Assembly: GCA_963796455.1 (NCBI GenBank)
Contig: CAWCLO010000004.1
Coordinates: 1,152,001 to 1,216,000 of the forward strand
Length of the DNA: 64,000 nt
Reading direction: 5' to 3'
DNA from: Candidatus Sulfomarinibacteraceae bacterium
GTDB taxonomy: Bacteria; Acidobacteriota; Thermoanaerobaculia; Thermoanaerobaculales; Sulfomarinibacteraceae
The translations under genes were made by a program, and so were the position numbers. How positions within the stretch are numbered: position 1 is the first letter of the stretch; every line of letters starts with the position of its first letter. Below the pieces are notes generated by a model. It ran no database searches. It had not been told where the DNA came from and saw nothing but the letters and a program-made list of their open reading frames with translations. Below are positions 30,944 through 39,595 of this stretch, piece after piece.

Positions 30944-32244
30944 ACTGTCACCTCATGGCGGTTGATGTCCGCCAGCACAAATCGATGCGCAAGCCAGGTC
31001 TGGGCGAGCAGCGAGACCGCGACCCGAATCAACCAGGCCGTCGCGGTCCCTTCGATTCCGAATCGCAGCGTCAGAGCGATCAGGTAAACGAAGTAGAGCG
31101 GCGTCTCCACGAGTTGGAAGACGGCGGGCACATCGGGCCGCCCCGCCGCCTGGAGGAGGTGGAAGGATGGCTGGATGAGCCCGTGAATCAGCATGCCGAC
31201 CGCCAGGATCGACGCCACCCCGGCGCTCTGGGCAGCGGCTTCCGGTCCGAGCCAGAGAGCGAGCAGTGGCCGGGAGAAGACCGCGATCACGATCACCGGC
31301 GGCGCGAGCATGGCCGCAATAAAGCCCAGCGAACGGCGATAAACGGTGTTGAGTCCGGCGCCACCCGACCCGATGAGTTGGCTGTAGGCCGGAAAGATGA
31401 CTCCCATCACGGCGGCTGGAATCACCGACAGGCGGTTGATGACTTCGAAGGGGGCTGCATAGTAGGCCACCGCCGCGATCGAAAGCAGCGCGCCGATGGC
31501 GAAGCGGTCTGCGTAGAGCATCAGCGAGGCCAGAACAGCGCTCACGGTCATCCAACCTCCCACCCGCGCCAACTGCGGGATTTCTCGGAAATTGAAAGAC
31601 CATCTCTCCGACGCCGCCTGCCGGGCGAGCACCAGAAAGGCGGCCAACGCCGCCCAGCGAATGCCGACAAATACCCACATGATCGGTATCAGGGTCGGCG
31701 CCACCCGAAGGGCGACGACGGGTCCCAACAAGAGCGCCGTTCCAAAAACCGTCCGCAGCAAGGTCAGCCGACCGAAGAGTTGGCGGGCTTCGAGGACACC
31801 GCGAAGACAGTTGCCGACAAGCACCGCCGGCACGGCAAACGCGAGGATCCGGACGGACGCCACCGCTTCCTCCTGCAACCATGCAGGAATCTCGAGCACC
31901 CGAAAAACGACGACCGGGGCGAGTCGAAAAAGCAGACCGGCCAGCACCAGACCGAGCACCGCGGTGATTCCAGCGGCGGTTCCAACAAGGCTCCCGATCC
32001 GTCCTTCCTCACCCTTGCCGATCTGTTCTGCCACGGCTCTGGTCATGGCCCGGCCGAACCCGAGATCGAGCACCCCGATCAGTGCGACCAGAGTCCACGC
32101 GAGGGCGACGACACCGAATCGCTCCGGTCCAAGTGCCTGCAACAAAATGGGGACCGCGATCACTGCCGCCACAAGCGGCAGGCCGTAACCGATCAGGTTG
32201 AGGAAGATGTTGCGCCGGAGACCGGCAATGGAGAGGCTTTGCAT
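30940..32244 (-). CDS. Wzx-type oligosaccharide flippase
   Basis: About 12 hydrophobic segments, LGPERFG..DLGFG and DRFAIGALLS..AVAYY motifs of the MATE/Wzx family. Confidence 0.9.
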   Translation of the reverse strand: MQSLSIAGLRRNIFLNLIGYGLPLVAAVIAVPILLQALGPERFGVVALAWTLVALIGVLDLGFGRAMTRAVAEQIGKGEEGRIGSLVGTAAGITAVLGLVLAGLLFRLAPVVVFRVLEIPAWLQEEAVASVRILAFAVPAVLVGNCLRGVLEARQLFGRLTLLRTVFGTALLLGPVVALRVAPTLIPIMWVFVGIRWAALAAFLVLARQAASERWSFNFREIPQLARVGGWMTVSAVLASLMLYADRFAIGALLSIAAVAYYAAPFEVINRLSVIPAAVMGVIFPAYSQLIGSGGAGLNTVYRRSLGFIAAMLAPPVIVIAVFSRPLLALWLGPEAAAQSAGVASILAVGMLIHGLIQPSFHLLQAAGRPDVPAVFQLVETPLYFVYLIALTLRFGIEGTATAWLIRVAVSLLAQTWLAHRFVLADINRHEVTV

Positions 32245-32283
32245 CGGCGAGATTCTACCCGCAACCGGAAGCGCGCGATCCGG

Positions 32284-32970
32284 TCACTCGATATGCTCGG
32301 CCAGGGCGCTCAAAAGGTCCGGCCGAAGGATCGTCACGTGGTGCGGTGCCGCGGTCAGAATTCCATCCTCCTCGAGGCGGCGGAAGGTTCGCGAAAGGAC
32401 CTCCGGTGCGGTGCCGCACTGGGCGGCTATCAGATTTCGAGGCTCGGCCAGCTCCACCGAATCACCGGGCGCGATCTCGCGTGCGCCCGCTCTCCCGAGC
32501 ACATAGATCGCCAACCGTTCTTCGACCCGCCGTTGCGTCAGGAGCTCGAGCTTCGTGGCCAGCTTCCGGGTCCACAGGGAGATCGACCCGAGCATCGCGA
32601 GACCGAGCTCTGGAGATATTCGCAACAGATCGAGCAGTGCCGCCTGCGGAAGACACCACAACCGGCTCGCCTCCATGGCCTCGGCAGTGGCCGGATAGGT
32701 CCCAGCCGCAAAGAGCGCCGCCTCGGCAAAGGTCTGGCCGGGATGCACGAGGTGCAGCAGGAGCTCTTTCCCCTGCGGCGAATACCGAACCAACTTGAGC
32801 CGGCCGTCAACCACGGCAAAGAGAGCCTCTGCCGGCTGGTCCTCGTGGAACAGGATTTCGCCACGCTCGATGGTGCGTTCGTGGCCGGCGCTCAAGACCT
32901 TGGTCCGCTGCTCCACCGTCAGCTGCCGCAACAGCGGCAATTGGTCGAGCGATTCTGTGCTTTTCGTCAT
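32284..32970 (-). CDS. Crp/Fnr-family transcriptional regulator, Dnr/HcpR-like (no N-terminal Cys cluster)
   Basis: cNMP-binding fold (GEILFHED..., PGQTFAEAALF..YPATAEA) and HTH GTAPEVLSR with the E..SR recognition motif. Confidence 0.9.
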   Translation of the reverse strand: MTKSTESLDQLPLLRQLTVEQRTKVLSAGHERTIERGEILFHEDQPAEALFAVVDGRLKLVRYSPQGKELLLHLVHPGQTFAEAALFAAGTYPATAEAMEASRLWCLPQAALLDLLRISPELGLAMLGSISLWTRKLATKLELLTQRRVEERLAIYVLGRAGAREIAPGDSVELAEPRNLIAAQCGTAPEVLSRTFRRLEEDGILTAAPHHVTILRPDLLSALAEHIE

Positions 32971-33118
32971 CCGCAGATTCTATCCCGGCCGAGCCCCGGC
33001 TCGAAACTTTTGCTGGCAGGATCATCGAGGCAGCCGGCACAGGATCTTCAAGCCGAAGTCAGAGCCACACCCTGTCCCGAAGGGCAGCACCACGTGGGGC
33101 CGCCTTTTTTCACCCGGG

Positions 33119-34150
33119 TCAGTCGGACTCCTCCGTCATCGCCGTGCCGCCGACGTGGGTATAGAGCGGTGAGTTGAGTTCCTGGAGGCGCCGGTGAAAC
33201 TCCTCCTCGGTAACGCTTGTGTGCCAATGCCCCGCCGCCTGGAAACCGACGATGACGGCGAGATAAAGCCCCACCGCCACCATGGTCGCGGTCACCGGGC
33301 GGAGCCACATCGAACGACCGACCGGCTTCGGGGGTCGAACCGAAAGACATGATTCCACCGGACACGAGACGACACAATCCTGGCACGAAGTGCATTCGAT
33401 GGATCGGACCCGCTGCATGGTGTGGACCTGCAACCGCGCCGGGCAAACTGCTGTGCACGATTGACAATCCGTGCAGATTTCGGGATCGCGAGTCACCTTG
33501 AGAGGTGCGAGAAACCCGAGCAGACCAACCAGAGCGCCATATGGACAGAGGTAACGACACCACAAATCTCTGACAAAGACGGAACCGACCACCAACACTC
33601 CCAGAACCGCGATCGTCACCCGGCTCGGAGGTGCAAAAAAGAGCCACATTTTTGCGTCCACAACCTTGGCGTAGGGACTCGACAGAAAGGCCTCCACTGC
33701 GCGCGGATCCATCGCAAACCAGATCGCCCAGGCAAAGAAACCGAGCAGCAGAAACTTGAGGCCGCGCAGCGGAATATCAAGCCATTTCGGAGGCGTCAGC
33801 GTTCGTCCGACCAATCGGATCCCGAACCGGCCCAGCAGCTCCGACAGAAGGCCGACCGGGCAGATATGCGAACAGAAGGACTTGGCGACAATCAGCGACA
33901 TCAGGCAGATGCCGATGAAGATCGCGAGCCCCGCGGGGTGGATAGCGTCGACGGTGCCGGTGAGCAGAAGATGGCGGAGCCCGAGCATGGCGTCGATGGG
34001 CAGAAAGGCCTCGACTCCCGGCGGTCTCGAGACCGACGGCCAGCGGCCGGCCATGTGGGGCATGACCCACAGCGTGAACTGAATACCGATCACCACAACG
34101 ACGGCGGCCATGACCCACTGAATTACTCGACGGAGCTTCAAAATTTTCAC
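33119..34150 (-). CDS. Membrane 4Fe-4S-binding protein (NapH/MauN/YccM-like)
   Basis: FCSHICPVG and WCRYLCPYG motifs, ferredoxin motifs CTDCQSCTAVCP and CTSCQDCVVSCP, several TM helices. Start chosen at GTG 34150 (uncertain). Confidence 0.85.
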   Translation of the reverse strand: MKILKLRRVIQWVMAAVVVVIGIQFTLWVMPHMAGRWPSVSRPPGVEAFLPIDAMLGLRHLLLTGTVDAIHPAGLAIFIGICLMSLIVAKSFCSHICPVGLLSELLGRFGIRLVGRTLTPPKWLDIPLRGLKFLLLGFFAWAIWFAMDPRAVEAFLSSPYAKVVDAKMWLFFAPPSRVTIAVLGVLVVGSVFVRDLWCRYLCPYGALVGLLGFLAPLKVTRDPEICTDCQSCTAVCPARLQVHTMQRVRSIECTSCQDCVVSCPVESCLSVRPPKPVGRSMWLRPVTATMVAVGLYLAVIVGFQAAGHWHTSVTEEEFHRRLQELNSPLYTHVGGTAMTEESD

Positions 34151-34184
34151 AGCCGAAGATTGTCTCAGATCTCTGGAGACCGCA

Positions 34185-34198
34185 TTGACCGGAGTCAA
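34185..34198. promoter_or_regulatory. Fnr/Dnr-type box TTGAC-CGGA-GTCAA
   Basis: Perfect TTGAC-N4-GTCAA palindrome centred 41.5 bp upstream of GTG 34150; a second copy lies at 37834. Confidence 0.7.
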
Positions 34199-34381
34199 AT
34201 CAAGTGTCACATCATTGTCATATCGGGAATCGCCGAATGGGCTGAAAGCAGGCGGCCGCGAGGATTCTTGTGTTGCGGACACCCTTGTCCAAGACAGCAT
34301 CTTGTGCAGCTTTCAGGGACAGCGTCAGTGTTCCGCCAGCAGCGGCAGCGAACAGCGCTCACTTCTTCGGGGCTCCGGCCT

Positions 34382-34436
34382 TTGTGGTGCGGCCGTCTCG
34401 GCCGCACGGTGTGCAGGCGAGACGCCTACACCACAA
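34382..34436. repeat. REP-like inverted doublet
   Basis: TTGTGGTGCGGCCGTCTCGGCCGCAC faces GTGCAGGCGAGACGCCTACACCACAA. Each half is itself a hairpin and the two halves are inverted. Confidence 0.65.
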
Positions 34437-34462
34437 CGGCCGTTCCTTCCGTTGAACGACCC

Positions 34463-34708
34463 GGAGGTGGCTATTTCGCCGCCTGGACTCCTGACCGCTG
34501 CCGCTGAACACTGATCGCTGTTCTCTGTCGCTGTCCCTGTTTGCTGTTGCCTGTCGCTGACGCTGGACACTGTCGCTGCCACTGCAATTCGGGATCGGGA
34601 TCGGGTTCGTGCCAACCGCGAACCGGAAATGCCTATAACCAACCCGAAAACCCCGAGTGGTCAAGTGGGAAACTTCATGACGATCTGTTTTGGACAACGT
34701 TGTGTTCC
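34463..34708 (+). repeat. Dispersed non-coding repeat, copy 1 (with internal CGCTG(A/C/T) hexamer expansion)
   Basis: Shares collinear blocks with 39596-39782: GGAGGTG..TTCGCCG.CTGGACTCCTGACCGCTGCCGCTGA.CACTG, TCGCTGCC.CTGCAATTCGG, ATGCC.A.AACCAACCCG.AAACC, CATGACGAT.TGT and TGTGTTCC. Confidence 0.8.
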
Positions 34709-34744
34709 GAGCGTCTCCCCCACACGTGCATCTGCCTGATGCGC

Positions 34745-35860
34745 TTAGATTCCCATAGCCTCGAATATCAACTGGGCGGCGTTTTCTCCCCGCTCCTCCA
34801 TATCGATCACCACCGCATCGGATGCTTCGAGGGCATCCAGCAACGATGGCACCAGGGACCGCCTCACCACAACGACGAGAGCTGCGAGATCATCGGTTTC
34901 GAGCGCCCGGCGAACGGCCGGCATGTGGCCTCCACCCCGCAGCTCGACCGGTCCGAGTTCATCCACGATCACCACGCCGCCGGGCCGGGCTCGCATCAGC
35001 GCCTTTTTGCCCAGGGCAAATCCTTCGTCCGAAAAGACGAAGCGGGTACCGAAATCTCCGCGGTCGCGATCTGCAAGGGTCGCAATCGGCGCGGTCTCAC
35101 CGGTTTCCAGATCACGCAGCGTGAAACCGACTTTCTTCTCCTCGCGCCATACCCCGAGTTGAGCGAAACCTGCGAAGGAGACCCCGTTCGCGCGAAACCT
35201 GCCGACGAGATCGGTCATCGCGGCGGTCTTGCCGCTATTGAAGGGCCCTGTGACCACTACCGTTCGGACCGGTCGCGTCGGTGCGAGGTCGGGCCGGGTC
35301 AGGGCCGAATGTCCCCGCAAGGACGCCGCCGCAGCGGCCTCGTCGGCGATACGCGCCGTATGGGCAAGGAGGACCTCTCCAAGCCCGGCGATGCGACGAG
35401 TTCGGTCGAGGACGCCCCGGCTGCGCATCGAGGCAGCGATCCACACTTCCGACGAAGCCTCGACGATTCTCGGCAGGCTGTTGAGGGCCAGACCGAGAAC
35501 CAGACCGAGCCGTTTGAGCCCTACCCGCTCGGCTACCACCAGGAGAGCATCTGCATCGATCCTCCGAACCAGCACCGCGGCGGCGGTTGTCAAGACCAGC
35601 AGACGCAGCAGGACCAAGGTGCCGTTTTCGATGCCCTTGCCGGCGCCCTCGGCCCACGAAACAACCGCCCCGGTGATGGCACCGGCAAAGACCATCGCGA
35701 GCACGATTCCCACACGCAGGGTCGACCGCACGGCCCGGCTGTCGAGCAGCAAACCAGAGGCCACGGCCACCGCCGCCGCAACCGCGGCGATGCGCAGATC
35801 GCCCGTCACGGCGACCACCACCACCGAGCCCGCAAGCACAAAGCCCGCTGCGATCTTCAC
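34745..35860 (-). CDS. ECF-transporter T-like (EcfT/CbiQ) membrane domain fused to a C-terminal NTPase_1/DUF2478-type P-loop domain
   Basis: N-terminal TM region with LALNSLPRI and two x-R-G motifs (SRG, LRG); C-terminal GPFNSGKT Walker A and VVIVDELGPVEL Walker B. Confidence 0.75.
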   Translation of the reverse strand: MKIAAGFVLAGSVVVVAVTGDLRIAAVAAAVAVASGLLLDSRAVRSTLRVGIVLAMVFAGAITGAVVSWAEGAGKGIENGTLVLLRLLVLTTAAAVLVRRIDADALLVVAERVGLKRLGLVLGLALNSLPRIVEASSEVWIAASMRSRGVLDRTRRIAGLGEVLLAHTARIADEAAAAASLRGHSALTRPDLAPTRPVRTVVVTGPFNSGKTAAMTDLVGRFRANGVSFAGFAQLGVWREEKKVGFTLRDLETGETAPIATLADRDRGDFGTRFVFSDEGFALGKKALMRARPGGVVIVDELGPVELRGGGHMPAVRRALETDDLAALVVVVRRSLVPSLLDALEASDAVVIDMEERGENAAQLIFEAMGI

Positions 35861-36441
35861 GAGCGATCACCAAGGCGCTCGGTGACCCGTCCGGCAACCC
35901 ACCACGTCCACAGGCCTCCGAAAAATCCGACAACGGCGGCGAAGACGACCACGCCGCCGAAGACGAGCTCCGGCTGGAGATCTTTCAGACCCACTGCCTC
36001 CGCCGCCTCACGGAGCAGCTTGAAATAGGAGCGCACCGCGGTGGTCCCGGCCACCACCCACATCATGGCCAGCTTCTGTAGTGGGTTGGTTGCCAGAGTC
36101 AAAGCACCTCCGACGGCGGCGCCGATGGCTCGTCCTCCGGTGGCCGTCAACGCCACCTCGACAACCAGGGCCTGAATCGTTATCCCGATGATCGGTCCGG
36201 GGTAGATTCCGCCGAGGGTAAAGATCTTGAGAAAGATCGCCACGACCCCTGCCAGAAGACAGACACCGGGGCGCGGTTGCAGGCGACGCAGACAAACCAG
36301 ACACAAAAGCCCGGCGAGACCCATCATCGTTCCGCGCATCGGGATCTTTCCGAGGTAAAGCGCCGTTCCGAGCGTCGCTTCGAGGGCACCCCACAACCCG
36401 CCGAAGAGTGCGGCCGAGGTCCATGGGCGGGCATCCATCAT
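35857..36441 (-). CDS. Integral membrane protein, probable ECF S (substrate-binding) component
   Basis: 194 aa, about 6 TM helices, AALFGGLWGALEATLG start; translationally coupled between the ATPase and T-like genes. Confidence 0.6.
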   Translation of the reverse strand: MMDARPWTSAALFGGLWGALEATLGTALYLGKIPMRGTMMGLAGLLCLVCLRRLQPRPGVCLLAGVVAIFLKIFTLGGIYPGPIIGITIQALVVEVALTATGGRAIGAAVGGALTLATNPLQKLAMMWVVAGTTAVRSYFKLLREAAEAVGLKDLQPELVFGGVVVFAAVVGFFGGLWTWWVAGRVTERLGDRS

Positions 36442-37769
36442 GGCCCCACCTCCTCGAGCCGCCGTTCAACGATTCTCAGGTGACGGTGGGCCGCTCCCGC
36501 CAACTCGAGCCGGTGCGAGATGACCAGATAGGCCCTCCCCTTCTCGGCGCGCCGCTGGATCAGATCGACAAAGGATTCGAGATCCGCGGGGTCCAGCCCC
36601 TGCCCCGGTTCGTCGACGATCATCACATCCGGGCGCATCAGATCGAGCGCCGAATGCACAAGGCGCTGCTGTTCACCTCGTGACAGAGTCCACGGTGCGC
36701 GTGCTGCGAGATGATCCAGCCGATGGCGCCGAAGCACCCGCGCTGACTCTTCGTGAGAACGCCCGCGAGAGGAAACTTCGGAGGCGACTGTACGTTCGAA
36801 GAGCTGGAGTTGGGATGACGGCAACATGAGCGTGATGTCGCCAGAACATTCGATGCGACCATCCTCCGGTCGCCTGATACCGGCGAGAGTCTGAGCGAGC
36901 GTCGACTTCCCAGCGCCGTTCTGACCCGTGAGCAAGACGATCTCACCCGCTCGAAGCACAAGATCGATATCGTCGATCAGATCCCTTCCGCCCCGCCGCA
37001 CATTCAGACCTCGAGCGGCCAGAACCACCTCCTCACCGCAGGCGAACGGAGGGCTGAATCGCGGTTCGGATGGTTGATTGCAGGGCCCGATCGATCCATC
37101 AGCTATCTTCAACCAATCCCCGATCGAGGAGCCGAAGCGCCAACCGGCCTGCTCGTTGATCAGCAGCGAACCTTCGTTCCCGGCGATACGCCGCACCAGT
37201 TCTTGGAGCATCACGACGCCGTCCGAATCAAGGTGGGCCGTCGGTTCGTCGAGGACGACCGGACGCGGACATGCAGCCAATGCAACTGCCAGCGCGACCC
37301 GTTGACGTTGCCCCGACGAGAGCTCGGAAATCCTCCGATGCTCGAGACAATTCACGCCGAGCGCTTCATTTACGAATTCGGAAAAATCATCACCGCCGTA
37401 AAGAGAACGGGCAGCGGCAAGCTCCTGCTCGACCATCGGCAGAAAAAGCTGTGCGTCGGGCCGGTCCAGACAGGTCCCCATCAAGTGCGCGCGTTGGCCG
37501 GGATCGAGTTCGTCGAGAGGCTCACCCGAAAGCATGATGCGACCACTGACGGCAGCCGGGCGAAACCACGGAACGAGCCCTGCGATCGCGTGCAGCAGGG
37601 TTGTTTTTCCGGCACCTGAGCGTCCACAGATTCCAAGTACATCGCCACGGTCCAATTCGATTTCGAGCCGGTCGAGAACCGGCTTCGATTCTCCCGGCAA
37701 ACGGACCGTCAGACCCGAGATCGCGAGGGATCCCGAATCGCCGTTCACGCGGTGGGCATGGAATGACAC
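36438..37769 (-). CDS. Double ABC ATPase (fused EcfA/A'-type)
   Basis: Two NBDs: GRSGAGKT/LSSGQRQR/LDEPT and GQNGAGKS/LSRGEQQR/VDEPG. PDAQLF and QLF Q-loop segments typical of ECF ATPases. Start uncertain. Confidence 0.85.
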   Translation of the reverse strand: MSFHAHRVNGDSGSLAISGLTVRLPGESKPVLDRLEIELDRGDVLGICGRSGAGKTTLLHAIAGLVPWFRPAAVSGRIMLSGEPLDELDPGQRAHLMGTCLDRPDAQLFLPMVEQELAAARSLYGGDDFSEFVNEALGVNCLEHRRISELSSGQRQRVALAVALAACPRPVVLDEPTAHLDSDGVVMLQELVRRIAGNEGSLLINEQAGWRFGSSIGDWLKIADGSIGPCNQPSEPRFSPPFACGEEVVLAARGLNVRRGGRDLIDDIDLVLRAGEIVLLTGQNGAGKSTLAQTLAGIRRPEDGRIECSGDITLMLPSSQLQLFERTVASEVSSRGRSHEESARVLRRHRLDHLAARAPWTLSRGEQQRLVHSALDLMRPDVMIVDEPGQGLDPADLESFVDLIQRRAEKGRAYLVISHRLELAGAAHRHLRIVERRLEEVGP

Positions 37770-37831
37770 CCGACCTCAGTACCCCGGCCCATCAACGAAG
37801 TCAATCGGCAATCATCCGGAGGCGGATGAAT

Positions 37832-37849
37832 CCTTGACTCAGGTCAAGG
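37832..37849. promoter_or_regulatory. Fnr/Dnr-type box CCTTGAC-TCAG-GTCAAGG
   Basis: Palindrome in the divergent spacer. GAAAAT at 37870-37875 falls at -12..-7 if the box is centred at -41.5 for the cytochrome gene. Confidence 0.75.
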
Positions 37850-37929
37850 TAGGCGTGACACTTCGGGTGGAAAATCGACCCGTGAGTCACAGAACTGTCA
37901 TCCGCTTTTTTGATCGAAGGAGGACCCTG

Positions 37930-39159
37930 ATGAAGAGAATCGCGTTGTTCGGCGCCTTCGCGGCGATCGTCCTTTTGGCCGGCGCCACGCCGGTTGCTGC
38001 GGTCGAGTCCGACTGCGAAACCTGTCACAAACAACTGACACCGATGCTTGTCAAAGACTTCAACCGGGGGGTGATGTCGGAGACCATGGGATGTGCCGAC
38101 TGCCACGGGGATGCCCACACAGGCATGGACGACGCCGACCAGGCCAAGCTCCCTACCATCGCCACCTGCCAGGCCTGCCATGAAGACCAGGCCGAACAAT
38201 ATCTTGCCGGTAAGCACGCCAAGGGTCTGCTGGCTGTCCAGGCGCTCCCCTTCTCCCACGGCCAACCCGACGCGTTTGTCGCCGGTCAGAAAGGCTGTGG
38301 GGGTTGTCACACCATGGGTCTCGCGACCGAGGAAGACCGGATGACGGAAGCGCGCCAGTACTACAAGTACGGGATGGACTGCCAGAATTGTCATACCCGC
38401 CACGCATTTTCGGTCGCTGAGGCGCGTGAACCAGAAGCCTGCCAGACCTGCCACCAGGGTTTTGACCACCCGCAGTGGGAAATGTGGTCCACCTCGAAGC
38501 ACGGCGTGGCCTACCTCCTGGATCGTGAGGCCCATCGCGGCCCCACCTGCCAGGACTGCCACATGGCCGGTGGTGACCATCGGGTTCGCACCCCGTGGGG
38601 CTTTCTCGGCGTCCGCCTTCCCGAGGCCGACGAGGAGTGGATGGGATACCGCGCCACGATCCTGATGGGTCTCGGCGTGCTCGATGCCGAGGGCCAGCCG
38701 ACGGCGCTGCTCGATGTCGTCGTCGCGGGCGATATCGCGAGGCTCGACACCGAGACCTTTGATGCGGAGCGCAAACGCATCACCGACACCTGCGGCAAAT
38801 GCCACACCAAGAGCTTCTGGCAAGCCAATATCGAATCGGCAGACAAGATGCTGAAAGAAGCAGACAAGATCTTCGCCGAAGCCATCAACATCGTCGCCTC
38901 GTTGCGACGCGACGGGATCATCGAAGTTGGCGAAGGCGAAGGCGTCTACCCACAGCTTCTCGCCTTCTACGATGTCGATACGTCGGTGGAGCAGCACCTG
39001 TATGACATGTTCATGGATTACCGGATGAAGACCTTCCAGGGCGCGTTCCACATCAATGCCGACTACACGACCTGGTACGGCTACGCCAAAATGAAGCAGG
39101 CCCTGTCCGAGATCAAAGAGCTCGACAAACAGATGCGGAAGGAAGCAGCGAGCAGCTGA
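37930..39159 (+). CDS. Periplasmic octaheme cytochrome c, hydroxylamine oxidoreductase (HAO)-like
   Basis: AGGAGGA RBS, signal peptide, 8 CxxCH motifs, HTRHAFS..EAREPEACQTCH.G.DHPQWEMW..SKHG core and GAFHINADYTTWYG. Confidence 0.9.
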   Translation: MKRIALFGAFAAIVLLAGATPVAAVESDCETCHKQLTPMLVKDFNRGVMSETMGCADCHGDAHTGMDDADQAKLPTIATCQACHEDQAEQYLAGKHAKGLLAVQALPFSHGQPDAFVAGQKGCGGCHTMGLATEEDRMTEARQYYKYGMDCQNCHTRHAFSVAEAREPEACQTCHQGFDHPQWEMWSTSKHGVAYLLDREAHRGPTCQDCHMAGGDHRVRTPWGFLGVRLPEADEEWMGYRATILMGLGVLDAEGQPTALLDVVVAGDIARLDTETFDAERKRITDTCGKCHTKSFWQANIESADKMLKEADKIFAEAINIVASLRRDGIIEVGEGEGVYPQLLAFYDVDTSVEQHLYDMFMDYRMKTFQGAFHINADYTTWYGYAKMKQALSEIKELDKQMRKEAASS

Positions 39160-39185
39160 AAACCCTTCGAAACATGATCGACTTC

Positions 39186-39215
39186 AAAGGCCCCCAAATG
39201 CGGGGGCCTTTTTTT
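39186..39215 (+). terminator. Intrinsic terminator after the octaheme cytochrome gene
   Basis: AAAGGCCCCC-AAATGC-GGGGGCCTTT followed by a T run. Confidence 0.85.
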
Positions 39216-39382
39216 GATTCTGGATCCTGGACCACTCTGTTCCATGACAGCGCCTCGGACAACAATCAGGGGCAGCAATTGGGAACAGCAGACCCTCGAT
39301 GGCGGAGAACACCCGTCATGGATCCTCGCTCTCCTGGTGACATCTAGCTGCGGAGACTCTTGAGCTGGTTGAATACGTTCAA

Positions 39383-39505
39383 GATGTCATCCTGAGCGGA
39401 GCCCCCACAGGGGCGTAGTCGAAGGATCTATGAGATGAAACGGAAAGAAAGCCGGCCGCAGATCCTTCGACTGCGCGCCGAAGGCGCTGCGCTCAGGATG
39501 ACATC
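39383..39505. repeat. 123-bp palindromic REP/MITE-like element (GTCATCCTGAGCG...GAAGGATCT / AGATCCTTC...CGCTCAGGATGAC type)
   Basis: Perfect 16-bp terminal inverted repeats GATGTCATCCTGAGCG / CGCTCAGGATGACATC plus inner AGTCGAAGGATCT / AGATCCTTCGACT arms. Confidence 0.8.
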
Positions 39506-39595
39506 GGGAGGCGACAATCCTATGGGTGCGGAATCGGTGCCGGGTTGCTCTCCCTTTCGCCCGTTCTCCCTCCGGATACCGGAACGGAGAGTGAT

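Noticed and set aside
33080..33110. Hairpin plus T run between the 4Fe-4S and Crp genes
   Set aside because: The stem is imperfect and the T tract is on the strand opposite to both genes, so it was not called as a terminator.
34318..34710. CRISPR array or attenuator peptide in the repeat-rich spacer
   Set aside because: There is no constant repeat with regular unique spacers, no cas genes and no ORF conserved between the two repeat copies.
30955..39051. Long ORFs 30955..33177, 34541..36028 and 37801..39051
   Set aside because: They lie antisense to clearly recognisable genes and have no coherent protein features.
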